A DNA stretch of 64,000 nucleotides, taken from Camelus dromedarius (Eukaryota). Where the stretch lies: assembly GCF_036321535.1 (NCBI RefSeq), contig NC_087437.1, positions 14,634,001 through 14,698,000 of the forward strand, written 5' to 3'. A program made the translations under genes and the position numbers. The notes beneath the pieces were generated by a model, which did no database searches, had not been told where the DNA came from, and was given only the letters and a program-made list of their open reading frames with translations. Shown one piece after another: positions 52,213 through 64,000 of the stretch (position 1 is its first letter; the number at the start of each line of letters is the position of its first letter).

Positions 52213-54112
52213 AAAAATCCCATGCTCGTTTTAAGTCATTAAACACAGTCCCAGTCGGGTAAATAGCATGTCTAGTCAACATGGTATTCAACCCGTGGAC
52301 CTTCCATTTCTCCCCTCTCCGAGGCAGGGCCCTTCCCAACCCCCACTCCCCGCTGCCTTTTCTAACCCAGCTGGAGTGTGAGCAGGAAGGAGGGAGAGAC
52401 AGGGAAAGCGGGAAGTTCCCTTTCTGAGCGATGCTGTTGTGATATGGCTTCGCAGGATATGGGGCTGGCTGAAGTTTAAACCAGATTCCTTCTCCTGGGG
52501 ATACTTCCCTGGGTTCTTCTGAGACCCCTTGCTCGGGCAGCTGCAGGGAGAAGCCCTCCTTCAGCTGATGCCCCACTGCACCCCTACCTTGAAGGCGGCC
52601 TCTTAGGCGGGACGTTCTCAGTGGAGCCCAGGCCACCATGCCTGTTGCAGACTCCACCTCCTTTGCCCAGGACCTTGGTGACACTGACAGAGGAGGGAGT
52701 GGCTTCCCGGTCTCGGCTAGGGCAGAATAATATTGTGTCACACATGCACGACTTTTAATCATCTTGCAGCCCTGGGGAGAAAGTTTCCTTATCCCTGCTA
52801 CAAAGAGGGACTTTTAGAGCATCACACATCCCCAGGTAACAGAGACAGGGTTTAAAGCCCTGTCTTTCCAGTCAAGGCCCTCAGTTTTCCCATGAGTCCT
52901 CGCTGTGGAAACTAAAGGGCCGAGGGTGGGCCTTGGGGCTTGGGAGGGGCCGTCACGCCTCTCTGCCTTGGTTCTTCCTCTTGCATGAGCTTTCATGATC
53001 TCCGAGAGCCCTTTGCATTCTAAAACCGTGTCATGAAATTTTTCAGTGGAGGTTTCCTAGAAGCAGAGAAATCTGCAGGGCCTCACCTCCAGTGGGGGAG
53101 GTAGCCAGGCAGCTGAACTCTCTCTTTCCTGCTCTAAAACCCTACGTCTCATTGGGGCTTGTACCTGAAGCCAGTGTCGGGGAGACAGAAACACCACTTA
53201 AGTGGTACCGGGGTTCCACCCCCTCAGTGAGGATGTGTCCTGCGCTGGGCTTCAGACAGTCTCCTTCCCACGGGCCTCTCCGGGTGGAAGGTTGTGCCGT
53301 CCTGAGCCTGAGGACGGTGTGTCAAGAGAGGAACTTCCCAGATAACATGACTCCTAGTTTAAGACTCTCTCATCTGGAAAAGCCCCAGCTGTGCTGCACT
53401 CACTGACTGTGGATCCCCAAGATGGGGATTCTAAGGGATTTCCAAGGATAATCTGGGCTGTGCATCGGCAGGGTCTTCCTAACACCCCACTTTGGTGCCA
53501 TATGTGGGACCACAGTGCACAGCACTTCCTCCACTGTGTTTCCCTAGATCCTCACAGCCTCCCTGTGGAGTAAATGGAACAGGGGTTATTACGTCCTGTT
53601 TACAGACGGGGAAACTGAGGCTCAGAGGTGAGAAACAGATGTCTAGTGAAAACGAGAGCCAAGGCTTCAACCTCAGCTTCCTGTTCCAAGCCTAATACTT
53701 TGACTTCTGTCCTCTCTTGCTGATGTTCACACGGGCGTTTCCCCGCCCTTCCCTAAATGGCTCCCTATCAAACTCCCATTCCTGGACCTGAGCCCGCACC
53801 CACCTTCCTGCTCCCCGGCCAGCACCGCGGGTAGGAGGTGCGATGAGGTCACACGCAAAGGAAGAATGAGGATTCTCCCATAATTTCCGACAGACCATTA
53901 GCCACATCCGCCACGCCAATCTACTGACTGGCTTATTCTGTCCCACTGTAATAAATCGAGGTTACATGTCCACATAACAGAAAAGGGTTTGTCTCGTTTG
54001 TTACATTAGCCTGGGTTTGTAGACTCAGACTCAAGGGTTATGCATATTAATTCCTGCTTGCCCTTAAATGTCCCTGGAGTTTCGGTGGCAAGTAACAAAG
54101 CTAACCTTTATT

Positions 54113-54226
54113 TGGGGGGGGGGGATGTACTTAGGTTTATTTATTTATTAATGGAGGTGCTGGGGATTGAACCCAGGACCTCGTGCATGCTAAGCATGCA
54201 CTCTACCACTGAGCTGTACCCTCCCC
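54113..54226 (-). mobile_element. tRNA-Ala-derived SINE (vic-1-like)
   Basis: Minus-strand tRNA-Ala head. TSD acaaagctaacctttatt (54095-54112) / acaaaactaacatttatt (54227-54244). Sits at the end of a MIR. Confidence 0.88.
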
Positions 54227-54244
54227 ACAAAACTAACATTTATT

Positions 54245-54470
54245 GAGCACTTACTACATGCCAGAATTTCATCCTGTGGTTCTTGCCTATCGTAACACAT
54301 TTAACCTCACAACAACCCTATGAGGCTGATACTTTTATGGACCTACTTTTTAAAGAGGAGGAAACTGAAGCTCTGAGCAGTTCAGTAACTTTTGCTCGGA
54401 GGTAATAGAAACAAGACTTTCAACTTGGGTAGTTTGATTCCACAGCCCATGTGCCCAGCAACCCTCTAGA
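54245..54470 (-). mobile_element. MIR SINE
   Basis: tattgagcacttactacatgccag..cctcacaacaaccctatgagg..gaggaaactgaagctc..agtaactttgc. Confidence 0.75.
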
Positions 54471-54524
54471 CAGACTAAGGCGCAAAGCATCCTGACCCCA
54501 GGGGGTTTCTGAGATGAGAAGCAC

Positions 54525-54950
54525 ATGTGTCTTGGATGGATTCCCAAGAGGCAGAGCCCAGGGCTTGAGCAGGTGATGTTATCATGGAGCTGTTCCCGGG
54601 GAAACCTGTGAGGGAGGAATGAGCAAGAAAACCATGTCAGGCCAAGTCCCAGCTTCAGGGGGACTCAGGAGGGTAAGTTCCACCTCAGAGCAGTCCCAGC
54701 CCCGAGCAAGTGAGCTGGGCTCTCACACCCCACACCTGGCGGTCATTCCCAAAGGACCTGCCAGATGGGGGGCACTGAAAAGTGGGCTCTGCTAGCCTGA
54801 GGGTCCTGCTCCAAAAAGAGCCCCCAGTGCTGACTGTGGGAAATGGAAGCACAGGGAATGGGGAGAAGGTGGGGCAGGCAAAAATGGTGGCGAAAAAAAG
54901 AGAACAACTAATCCAAAGGGATGTGGCTGAGCATTGACAGTGTCTGTTCT
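54525..54950. mobile_element. Degenerate ERVL-type LTR (LTR16-like)
   Basis: General resemblance only (gattcccaagaggcagagccc..ccacctcagagcagtccc..gagctgggc). Confidence 0.35.
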
Positions 54951-55514
54951 AGCAGGTGCACCTGAAATCGTCTCCTAGAGCTTGTAATTTGGTTTAAGCC
55001 TCCTTAAGTCCCCAGCATATTTCTGAGCAATAGGCACTCTCCCTTCCCCCAACATATTCGCCTCCCACCGTCTCTGACCTGCCTTCTCCATGCCCGCCCC
55101 CCCGCCGCCCCTGTCCCAGCCAGCCTCACTCTACATGTTAGGGGCCTGCGGTGGGCGTGCCATTCACTGCACTGGTCTTCTTCTCCTAGTTTTGTGATGT
55201 TGTCTCATTTTATTCTTCTTGATTATGAAATAGGTCGAACATATAAAAAGGAGTACCCACCATCCAGAATTGTCAACCTGAATGTTATTTTGCTACAGAC
55301 CTCTTTTTAAACATACAATCAAAGATTTCAGACACAATTGAAACCCTCTTTGTACTTCGTCCTGATTCCATTCCCCTCCCCAGTGCCACCCTGCTATAAA
55401 TTTGGCATCGATCACTCCCACCAATATTGTTCCAGTTTTACTATGTATGTGTATGAATCCTTGATCAGATGGTTTCATGTGATTTTAAACTTTATATTCA
55501 ATTGCATTGTACTG

Positions 55515-55919
55515 TGTATTAGGCAGGGTTCTCCAGAGAAGCAGAACCAATAGGATGTTTCTAGAAAGACAAAGAGACAAAGAATTGGCTCACACTATAA
55601 TGGAGGCTAGAAGTCCCAGATCAAGATGTCAGCAGGTTGGAAATCCAAGGAAGAGCTGACATTCCAGTCCAAGTCCAAAGGCCATCTGCTGGCCAAGTCT
55701 TCTCTTTCTGGAAGACCTCAGTCTTTGTCTCAATAAAGCCTTCAACTGATTAGATAAGGCCCACCCACATTATGGAAGGCAGTCCACTTTACTCAAAGTC
55801 ACCAGTTCAAATGTTAATCTCATCTAAAAACACCCTCACAGAAACACCCAGACGAATGTATGACCAAATATCTGAGCATCATGACACAGCCAAGATGATA
55901 CATATAATTAACCATCACA
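55515..55919 (-). mobile_element. MLT2 (ERVL) LTR inserted in an old L1 fragment
   Basis: tgtattaggcagggttctccagagaagcagaaccaatagga..ttcaactgattagataaggcccacccacattatgga..aattaaccatcaca are MLT2 hallmarks. Confidence 0.85.
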
Positions 55920-56124
55920 CAGTATTTCCCTCTGCAACTTGCTTTCTTCACTCCTCATTTTGTGTTTGAGATTTATCTATGTTGTCTCATGTAGGATTTC
56001 ATCGTATTTATACCATAGGTTATGAATTTTTCTGTTGATGGCTGTAGATGGCTTTCAGTCTTCATTATCACCAGCAGGAGGGGCCTAAACGTTCTCATGC
56101 ACCGGTGCCAGAGTTTCTCTAGGC

Positions 56125-56335
56125 CAGACAAACAGTAGGCAGCCAAATCCAATGAGGTGCCTGTTTTTGTAAATAATGTTTGCCTGGAACACAGTCACAC
56201 CCACCCATGTACTAATTGTCTACAGCTGATTTCATATTGCCGGGCCGAGCTGTGTAGTTGCAACAAAGATTGTAAAGTCCACAAAGCGTAAGGTATTTCC
56301 TACCCGGCCCTCTTTGGAAAGGGTTTCTTACCCGG
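56125..56335. mobile_element. MER58-like hAT DNA transposon
   Basis: gcctgtttttgtaaataa..ggaacacagtcacacc..gtagttgcaacaaaga. 8-bp TSD-like flanks ctctaggc (56117-56124) / ctccaggt (56336-56343). Confidence 0.75.
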
Positions 56336-57604
56336 CTCCAGGTCCGTGCCGAGGAGCAGACGGGGCTGTGTCCAGCGTCAGCTTTTACATGGCAGTGCCA
56401 AACGGCTCCCCAAAGTGGCCACACATACTTATTCCCCCAGAAACAGTGTGAGAGAACCCCACTTTCTTCATATCCTCCCCTCCCAATAGTTTGCCAATCT
56501 GATGCTTCTGAATTCATTTCTTGTTTGTTATTTCACGCATTTGGCTCTTTAAATGTGTATCACTGATTTCATTCAACAAACATCTATTCAGGGATTACTG
56601 TGTGCCTGGTGCTGTCAAGATAAAGCCACCCCATTTTACAGCAGAAAAAACTGAGCTACTTAATGTCAGAATCGCGATCCAAACATGATAATAAGACAAG
56701 ATATGGGTTTTGCAGGCGTGCCCCGGAGAAGGCAGTACCATGAAAAATCATCAAATAGCCGACATTCTTCTGCAGGCCTGCGAATGCTGGGTTGGGAAGT
56801 AAAACAACAATTTGTCTCTCTGCCCGCAGCTTCTGACAGTCAGGGGCACCTCCATCGTAATTCTTAGCAGAAAGGACCTATATTTCACACGGGCATCAGT
56901 AGACGAGTTTAGTAATTAAACTGGTTGTCAGTCTTCTTTTTTGACCTCAGAAAATAAAACATCTGTGATTATTAGAGAGAGAGTGTGAGAAGGAAACCGT
57001 CCACAATGGATTCAGCAAGAAATAGAGCTTTAGTATTTAAAGTTACCAAAACAGTCAATAAATAGAGGAAAAGGGAGGTGGGGCGTGAGTGAGCTAAACC
57101 TTCATTTGTCCGCTGGGAATCAATAAATAATGTCTCCGGCTGATAACACAGAGAGTCAAGACATTTGTAGAAATACGGGGCAGGCTCTGTACAAACAGAC
57201 AGCTGAAACTGCGGGGGACCGGGGTGTGGGGAGAGAAAGGGTGGGGCAGGGACATGCTTGTCTTTACAAGCCTTTATAAGCATTTCTTTTTAGTATTCTT
57301 TAGTTTTTTAAACCAATGTATGTCCTGCTTTGGTAACGTTTAAATTGAAATATAAGAAGTATGGAAGAGAACACCTGAAATAGTTACGGATGAAGTGATA
57401 TGTATGTAATAATCTCAGAGACGGGGCAGAGGTCAGTGGGAATAGAGGGGTTTTAATTACCCATGAGATTTTAGTTGTCAAAGTGAGGAGATGGCAGGGA
57501 CCGGGGGCATCACTGTATTCTCTCTCTGCCTTTATACGTAGTTTTATGTAGTTGAAATTTCCCTTAATAAAACTTTAAAAATAAAAAAAGGGTAGGGGGG
57601 GGAA

Positions 57605-57830
57605 GGCATGGGCTGTGGGTCAGACAGATGTGGATTAAATTCAGCTGGGCCACCTAGTCCTATAGCAAGTTCCTGAACTGTCTGGGCCTCAGTTTCCTCC
57701 TCTGTATAATGGAACTTCTACAGAGGCATCCACTTTATATGACTATTCACATCGGGTGCAGGAATTAAATGAGATCTTGCCTGTGAAGGGCTTATCATGG
57801 CATAAAACATGGTAAGTAAGTACTTAAACA
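57605..57830 (+). mobile_element. MIR SINE
   Basis: gcatgggctgtgggtcagacaga..gcaagtt..ctgggcctcagtttcctcctctgtataatgg..ggaattaaatgagat. Confidence 0.7.
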
Positions 57831-58022
57831 AGTGTTTGGGCTTGACACATTTGGTTGCCTCTGTTTTGAGTTTTATAAATTTGACTCTAAATTTTGAGTT
57901 CTGTTTCTCAGGCATCTTATACTCAGTTCTACACATTAAACTATGTTCTGCCTTATATGTCTGGGGTAATTTGCTCTCCTCCACTGCCTTAGTTCATCTA
58001 CTCGGTTAACAAACATTTATTG

Positions 58023-58188
58023 GGGGGAGGGTATAGCTCAGTAGTAGAGCGTGTGCTTAGCATGCATGAGGTTCTGGGTCCAATCCCCAGTGCCTCCATT
58101 AAAATAAATAAATAAATAACCAAACCTAATTACCTCCTTCCCCCAAACAAACAAAATAATGATACATAAATAAAGTAAATAAAATTTT
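58023..58188 (+). mobile_element. tRNA-Ala-derived SINE (vic-1-like), inserted at the end of an L2
   Basis: gggagggtatagctcagtagtagagcgtgtgcttagcatgcatgagg.., (TAAA)n, aaacctaattacctcc. TSD-like atttattg on both flanks. Confidence 0.88.
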
Positions 58189-60454
58189 TAAAAAATTTAT
58201 TGAGCACCAGTGTGCCAGGCACTGAGCTGGGTACTGAGGAAGCAGAGATGAGGGACTGTCTCTGTGTCAGGGACACACAGGTCAGTAGTGAGGAAAGACA
58301 GAAAAAGATCAGAATAAAGTCCAGCATGACAACTACAGTGAGAGAGATATACATACCCACAAGGGATATAGGGAGTCCAAAGGATGCCTAGGGCAGCCTG
58401 GACTGGGTTTTGAAGGATGAGTAGGAGTTCACCTGGCAGAGAAGGCAAACATGGACGCCAGGTGGCCTAGTTAGGTCATGACATGCAGAGGTAGCAGCAT
58501 GAGTCAAGGTCTGGAACCTGGAAAGACCTGAATCTGTTCAGAAAAATGGTTCAGTTCAAAGCAGGGGAGAGAAGAAGAGAGAAACTAGAATGAAAAGCAG
58601 GGCCCAAGGTGTGAGGGTTTCTTCCAGAGTGCACCCCTGAGTAGATTCAAATTTGCATCTTAGTAAATTCATCCCAGCAGGAAGAGGAACGGGGAGTTGG
58701 AAAGCAGTTGCTCCAAATAGAGAAAGCAGAGAGAGAGAGACAGATGTCAGAGGAAGACAGGCCCACACACAGCCTCCCAGGTTCACCGGATCTCACTGTG
58801 CCTGGTGCTCAAAGCTCAGATGTGACAGGAGAATCTGTAGAAAATCAGGCCGGGAAGGGCCGGCTCATGATGAAGAAACCCTTCTAACATGTGCACCCAG
58901 GATCACATCCTGACATACAGTGGAGGTTCTACTCTTTAGTGCCCAATGCAAGCCCTTCAATTTGCAGGGCAGCTGGAGGCAGGATTCTGGGTGCGGCCAG
59001 AACCAGAACTGGGAGGGGTGGAGAGGCTTTCGGGGAAGGTGAAGCCGAGGGAACTTAGTCCTCATCACAGCAGAAGGCACCCTCGAGGGACCAGGTTCTC
59101 CTGACCGCCCAGCACTGGTGAACAGCCCCACCCACCGGTTCTGGCCTCTCACTCCAGGCTCGTCTGACCTCTCCTACAGAGGCCGTCTTCCCTCAGCAGA
59201 GCACGGTGTGACGATGAGGTCAAGGCTTATTTGCAGTACATTCTCAGAAGTGTCCACCGTCCCAGTCTTCCCCAGTAAGACCCAACCTTCGCCCTCGGTT
59301 CCCTGGTTCTCCCTGGACCCCAGTGGCTGTGGCTGTGCCTGGGGTGAACTGTCTGGGAGGTGGCACCCTCGCCACTACCTGATGACACGTTCCCTAACTC
59401 CACTTGCAGACGCAACCTGAACTCACCACGTGAGCTTTGTATTTTCCAGCCCCAGGGAACAGCTCTCAGGTTAAACCAGAAAAGAGATGATTAGGGCTTG
59501 AAGCAAGGCTGGATAACGGACGGGATTGATCTGAGGCACATCAGTGTGGGGACTGACATGCTTAGACTAGGGGGTGATGGGGGAGGGGCTGAAGGTGATT
59601 CTTAGGTAGGAACTCAGTAGGAACCTGGGTGTCCCCTGGGGGGAGGAACCGGGTCCCCTGCCCTGGTTCTCAGGAAGAGGCAGCACTATTGCAGGACTCA
59701 GTCCAGCTGTACCTCCTGCACCAGACACTGTGCTGGGGACGGACCAGCGGGACAGAAAGGCAACTCCTGGCCTCAAGGAGTTTATATTCTCGTGGCAAAT
59801 ACAGAGATAACAACTAATAAGCCAATCAACAAAATTGGTAAAATTGCAAGCTGCGTAAGTAAGAAAGCTGACAAGGCAGAGAGCAGCAGGGGGCGAGGAG
59901 GCCCTGCCCTAGGCGAGGTGATCAGGATCGGGGAGCCACCCGTGCAGAGAGGTGGGGAGAGCGGCTGGAAGACCAGACAGCAGCCCGCGGAGCCTCGTGA
60001 GCAGCTGGGAAGATTGACTCAAAAGCGGGGCCTGGAGGCCCCCAGTGTGTGCAGCCTCCCTCCCGCAGGGGTCTACCGTTCCCAGGCCTTCCCCACCCAT
60101 AAAGTGGCCTTTGCCTGCGTTTCTAACTGCATCTCCTACAATAGCAGTGGTTCCCCCCAAATCAGCACAGAGCCTGGCACAGAGGAAACAATTATCATGC
60201 TAAAGACATGAAGGTAGGAGCGAGTAAGTGAAGGACTAAAGACGCATGTTTGAGATGAGCCCTAAGGTGGGGCAGGGTTTCTCAGGAGGCCAGGGCTCAA
60301 GGTATGAGTTGGGAAGGGCAGATGTTCTAGATAGAGGCAACAGGTGGGCCAGGGCCAGGAGGAAGTCCAGGAGCAGCTGGGAGGAAGAGGGCAGCCTGAG
60401 CAGGACTGGAGGCGGGTCTGTGCAAAGCAGAGGCTAAGTCGAGTGTGCGTCGTA

Positions 60455-60612
60455 AGCCTCTGGAAAGCGTGTTAAAACACAGATTGTCAGGACCCACTCC
60501 AGAGATTCTGACTCAGACATCTGAGGTCGGGTCTGAGAATTTACACTTCTCACAAGTCTTGGCAGGGTGCTGCTGCTGCCACTGGTCCAGGGACCACACT
60601 TTGAGAACCATG
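60455..60612. mobile_element. MER5A-like hAT DNA transposon
   Basis: gttaaaacacagattg..ccagagattctgactcag..ctgagaatttacacttct..ggtccagggaccacactttgagaacca. Confidence 0.8.
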
Positions 60613-62059
60613 GGTATCACGTCCTCTAAGGAAGCCTCCACGCGGAGGCGCAGAGGACATCAAATGAGGCGGCTACAGGCACAGCTGAGGGCAGTCAGAG
60701 CGGACGCAGCCAGTGGTCAGCGCCCCCTTCCCCTCCCTGCACCATCCCTCCCAGAACACAGCCCTGGCCACTGCGACCTCTGACTGCCATCCCCCAGGAC
60801 TTACCCACCGCTGCTCATCCACAGCATTTTACGCTTTGAAGGCTGACTTTTGTTTCTGGCTCTAGCAAAATTAACGCATCCTTATCCTTCAAGACCAGCT
60901 AATCTCATATAGCAATTCGCACTAATGCTGCTACAATAATGTCTCTTTTTAACAGGAGGCCTGGTGTTAAGTTACATACCCCTGATGGTAGGAGCCCAGG
61001 GGCTTTTGGGGCAGAAGGAGAGAGAGAATGAGAGGACGTCGTCTGCTGGTGTCCCACCCGCCACGTGCAAACTGCCAGCCTGCTCGCCCTTAAATCCGCC
61101 CTTGAGCACGATGGTGTGCTCAATTTATACTTTCCTCTACTTGAAATTGGGCAGGTGTGGCCCTGGGGCCACGAGTAAGTGTGCATTCACAGCATCAGTC
61201 AGTGACGCTCGTCTTAGTGTTTCGTATTTTATCACCTGCTCCCCTGGAAAGAAGAGGTGAGCAGAGAAGTGAGGTTAATTTGCATCCACTTCAACCATAA
61301 ATCCAGGAGGACCAGGCAGCTACTGCACACCCCCAGGGCCTGACGGCAGGTGCTCAGCAGCATGAGCCCCTGGGCCTCGGAGTCAGACCCCCAGGTCTGC
61401 CCCAGCTCATCTCGGCTTATGGGGCTCAGAAACGGAAGCCCAGGGACTCAGAGCGGGAAATGGTTTGGTCTGATGGGTTAGCGTCCTCACACCCGGTGGG
61501 GAAGATATCTGCTCATCTTCATGATGCAGCCCAGATAGGAACCAGGAGTCAGGACTCCTCTATGCTACAGCAAAAACAAAAATCAAAAAACCAGAAAGCA
61601 ATCTTCCACAACAGAGTCTCTCTTGATTCTGATGTTCCTTTCCGTTTCCAAAGCTGATGACAAAGACCTGCACACTTTTGAGTCACGGTGACCTGGTTTG
61701 GCCTTCTGGCTCTGCCGCTTTCCAGCTGTGCGATTTGAGCTGAGCTCAAATCACTCTCGGAGCCTCAGCCTCCTCACCCGTAAAGTAGGTGTGTTGATAT
61801 CTGCATCAGAGGGGTACCGTGAGCATTTAGGGAAGTCATGAATGCTGAGTATTTAGTGGGGGGTCGGGCCCCATCAGTGAGCTGGTGTCTGCATACCAGG
61901 TGGCTCCTTGTGGATGAAAGGCTCTGCTTTCAAGCGGTGACCAGTTGCTCTTGTGTAAATACTCTGACCACAGCTGATTTCAAGCTACCAACGTCTGATC
62001 GCTGAATGCGGAGTTGGGAAGAGATGCATTGTAGCATGCCTTTATATACCGCTCTCATC

Positions 62060-62500
62060 TGTCAACTGAAGGAAAACGCACAACCTAAAAGTTGAGAGTT
62101 AAGTTTTATTGGGGACCTTACTGAGAACTGTAGCCCAGGAGATAGCCTCTCAGATGGCTCTGAGGAACTGCTCCAGAGAGGGAAGGTAAGAGCCAGAATG
62201 TATAGGAGTATGAGGCTGGAAAAAAACATGTAGTGGAACATCAAAAGATGACTGCTAATCACACACACAAAAAACAAAGAGCAAACAAACCAAAAAACCC
62301 AGACATCGCAAGCTAATGATGTCAGATGCAAGGGTCTGGGCTCATTGAAATTGCTCCTTTGATGTGCACCTTAACTATCTAGGGCCAGCATCCAAAGCAC
62401 AGAACGCTTCCTGTTTTTCTCCATCCTGAACTGTCCTCAGGTTGCTCCATGGGGGTGGGGGGTTGATGGCTTTGTCCTCATAGAAGATTCTTTGTTTCCT
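62060..62500 (-). mobile_element. ERV1-like LTR fragment
   Basis: Begins tgtcaactgaagg, has a minus-strand AATAAA (ttttatt ~62104), then agcctctcagatggctctgaggaactgctcc..ctgggctcattgaaatt. The right boundary is uncertain. Confidence 0.6.
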
Positions 62501-62639
62501 GGAACCAAAGGCAGTGTTCCCTGTCAGCACGTCACACAGCACAACAGAAGCAAATAACCTCAAAAGCAGGGATGACAGTCAAACACAGTAGAACAGTTAG
62601 GGAGTGATGAGTATCCATTACCCTTGCATTTTGAGCATT

Positions 62640-62800
62640 TATTACCTTTGTTTTAAATAAAATTTTATTTAATTTTAAGTTCACATAATTAACATTTTCC
62701 TGATGGCTGTGTTTAGCAACCAGCTCACGAAACTCCTGAAATATTTAACCATCTGCCCTGGCAAGCCAGGACAATCCCACATGAGCCAGCTCCAGCACAT
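62640..62800 (-). mobile_element. MER63-like hAT DNA transposon
   Basis: atggctgtgtttagcaaccagctcacgaaactcctgaaatatttaac..gagccagctccagcaca. Confidence 0.65.
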
Positions 62801-64000
62801 GGGCTGGGCACACCTGTAGGTGGGCAGTAAGTCTGACTTCCCCTCTGACCCAGAGGACGTCGCCTCTGCGGGGCTGAGGGGCCGCAGGAGGCTAGAGGAA
62901 GGCCCTCTGCGGCTCAAGGGTGGACCGGAGGTCTATTTTAGGATGCACGGCCAGCAAACTGCGCTTTGGCAAGTTGGAGCCTATAATTAGCCTCCGCTTG
63001 AGGCTCCAATAGAGCCCTGGTTTTTAACTAAACAACAGCAAAACCAGGGAGGCCCCCAGCTTCCCTGAGCCCAGAGCTGCCCGGGCCTCTGGACAGACAC
63101 TGGGCCGAACTACTCCATCTGCTGGGCAGCGTCCAAAGGGTCCCAGACAGCCTCCTGTCCTCAACCCCGAGGGACAAGTCGGAGCAAGGACAGAGCCCCA
63201 GCCTCGCCTCCCTCACCTCCGCGCAGCCTGCGTTTCCCACCCCCTCCCTTGCCGGCAGCCTCTTATTTATGAGGAGTCTGCGGTCCGCTGGGGAGACGTT
63301 ACAGATTCACAAAGGCCAAGCCAAAAGGCAGCAAAGCCAAGCGCTAGCGTGTTTACTCTGGACAGCGGGACGTAGGTGGCTGCGTTCCCAGCCATCTTTC
63401 TGCTTTTCCAGAATTGTGTGCCTCTGAATACAGTTCACCTATTCTGCCCCTCCACCACTCCAGGTTTGGTTTTGCTTTTTACTTTTTCTGTCTACCCCCT
63501 GGGTTCCAAGCTTTTAACAGCAGAAACAAAACAAAGCTGTACCCAGGTGAAGAGTTTAAGCCTCAAGCTCCCTGACGTGCACACCCTCCTCTGCATTAGT
63601 AATTTTTGATTCTTTTTCTTAAAGGCCATCTCCCAAATGGCACACGTGCCAGGCCATCCCTGCCCGCATCTGGCCCTACACGGCCACCTAGTTGGTCTAG
63701 AGCACTTTTGAAGCCGTCTGCTCCGCAGTGGTGGCTTTTGAGCCCACGATCTGGACACCTGTTATGACTCGGGGTCCCACACGAGGGCATGATTGTGAGA
63801 AATCAAGCAGGGTAATTGCCTTGGGCTTCAAATTTGTCATCTGTAAAATGGCATCACTGAGTGTCCGAAGACTAGGAAAGGGGGCTCCTGAATGTGAGGG
63901 CGGCAATGTATGAGGAGGATGTAGAGGGGGTTCGGCCAGGCAGCCAGAGGTCCTCAGAGAGGCCTCAGGTAGCCAGAGCCCTTGAATGAACTATATTCAG

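Noticed and set aside
31000..64000. BFSP2 exon 2 or later exons
   Set aside because: I found no sequence encoding the expected continuation (VGEAVLENARL-like); it probably lies beyond the window.

Overview
Mammalian genomic DNA, probably camelid (camel/alpaca/llama group). That inference rests on five tRNA-Ala(AGC)-derived SINE copies resembling the camelid vic-1 family; I recognised no Alu, B1/B2, Bov-A/BovB, PRE-1 or Can-SINE. The window holds the last three coding exons and 3'UTR of TMEM108 (retrolinkin) on the + strand: 11006-12430, 21476-21630 and 26286-26408. About 4 kb after that stop codon comes exon 1 of the lens beaded-filament gene BFSP2 (phakinin/CP49, CDS 30343-30831), followed by more than 33 kb of its first intron. 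The rest is ordinary intronic DNA rich in L1, L2, MIR, MaLR/ERV LTRs, hAT DNA transposons and microsatellites. Almost every entry in the supplied ORF track is a chance ORF. I see no convincing previously undescribed biological system. The best leads are a cryptic acceptor that could fuse TMEM108 exon 5 in frame to BFSP2, a phased POU/SOX motif cluster, co-oriented CTCF motifs, a cryptic repeat in the TMEM108 ectodomain, and inverted SINE pairs. Gene and repeat names come from my recall of the families, not from database searches, and repeat boundaries are approximate unless target-site duplications (TSDs) are given.
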